64,000 nucleotides of DNA from Nitrospirales bacterium (GTDB lineage Bacteria > Nitrospirota > Nitrospiria > Nitrospirales > UBA8639), in contig OY820905.2 of the NCBI GenBank assembly GCA_963555755.3, positions 1,792,001-1,856,000 of the forward strand, in the 5' to 3' direction. A program made the position numbers and the translations under genes. How positions within the stretch are numbered: position 1 is the first letter of the stretch; the number at the start of each line of letters is the position of its first letter. The notes under the pieces are model-generated. The model saw only the letters and a program-made list of their open reading frames with translations, was not told where the DNA came from and ran no database searches. Of this stretch, positions 63,428-64,000 are shown one piece after another.

Positions 63428-63450
63428 CTACCAAAACATTTTCCACTGAT

Positions 63451-64000
63451 TTATTTTTTGGCCTTCAGCTTCACGTTTTCCTTAAATCGAGTAATTTGCA
63501 CAGGCTTGAAGGCCCGATCTTTTCTCCCTAAAGAAGCGCGTTGTTCGACTTCTTTGATAAATGCTTCGGGCCCATGAATAGGCGCATAGGTCATGGTCAC
63601 GATGACATCCATGGATGGCGCGTCTTTGGGCGTGGGGAAGGTAAAGATTTCAACCCGTTTTTCCTCAGGCTTCAGAACGTTTTCCTCCAATACCTTAACG
63701 GCTTCAAAATCAAAGATCGTGGCTTTTCCGTTTTTGTCACCAAACACGCGTTCGTAGTATCGCTGTTCATTGAACGTTTTTCGCAAATTTTTACCGAGGA
63801 TCGTCAAGTCGATTACAACCCGAGACCATCCAGGATGCGGCAAGGGCAGGTTGTGGGGCACCAAACTTTGAATGGTGACCGTGACTTCCGATTCCATCCC
63901 TTTGACTTCGGTCACGACGTCCAGCTTCACCGCATCGGCTCGAACTTTTCCGAATCGCCCAGGGAAACTATGGTTGGCGATTTTTCGATTCCGTTCTCCG
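63451..64000 (-). CDS. C-terminal part of a protein, possibly a cytochrome c (runs off the window end)
   Basis: Frame open to the window edge; NHSFPG and PHNLP motifs; no CxxCH visible in this part. Confidence 0.6.
   Translation of the reverse strand, partial: GERNRKIANHSFPGRFGKVRADAVKLDVVTEVKGMESEVTVTIQSLVPHNLPLPHPGWSRVVIDLTILGKNLRKTFNEQRYYERVFGDKNGKATIFDFEAVKVLEENVLKPEEKRVEIFTFPTPKDAPSMDVIVTMTYAPIHGPEAFIKEVEQRASLGRKDRAFKPVQITRFKENVKLKAKK

Overview
Bacterial chromosomal window, most likely from Nitrospirota. This is inferred from the Pup sequence, the tal-pgi/tkt/zwf/gnd cluster and the repeat families, not from a database search. The housekeeping backbone is tRNA-Tyr/Gly/Thr-tuf, relA, recJ, pup, hppA, rluE, hflKC, cobW, an oxidative pentose phosphate cluster, ttuB/ttuA-like genes and ilvD. 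Mobile DNA is abundant: an IS pile-up at about 6.4-13.6 kb (IS6, IS4 with a nested IS1595, IS1634), three near-identical 1012-bp IS1595 copies with 8-bp target duplications, a decayed IS3, three type II toxin-antitoxin pairs and more than ten families of small palindromic or MITE-like repeats. Four signals stand out. (1) Integrase-free cargo islets (two TA pairs and one PEP-CTERM gene) lie between 150-440-bp diverged direct repeats of host gene ends; the orphan copies keep an open frame and differ mainly by synonymous or conservative changes. (2) Six MITE families with unrelated terminal repeats share one RPE-like central hairpin, and their arms covary between copies. (3) Hairpins of 20-24 nt have inserted into other repeats without target duplication. 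(4) Dead IS copies show an A:T>C:G mutational signature, with all four in-frame stops being TGA at Leu positions. All comparisons were made by eye.
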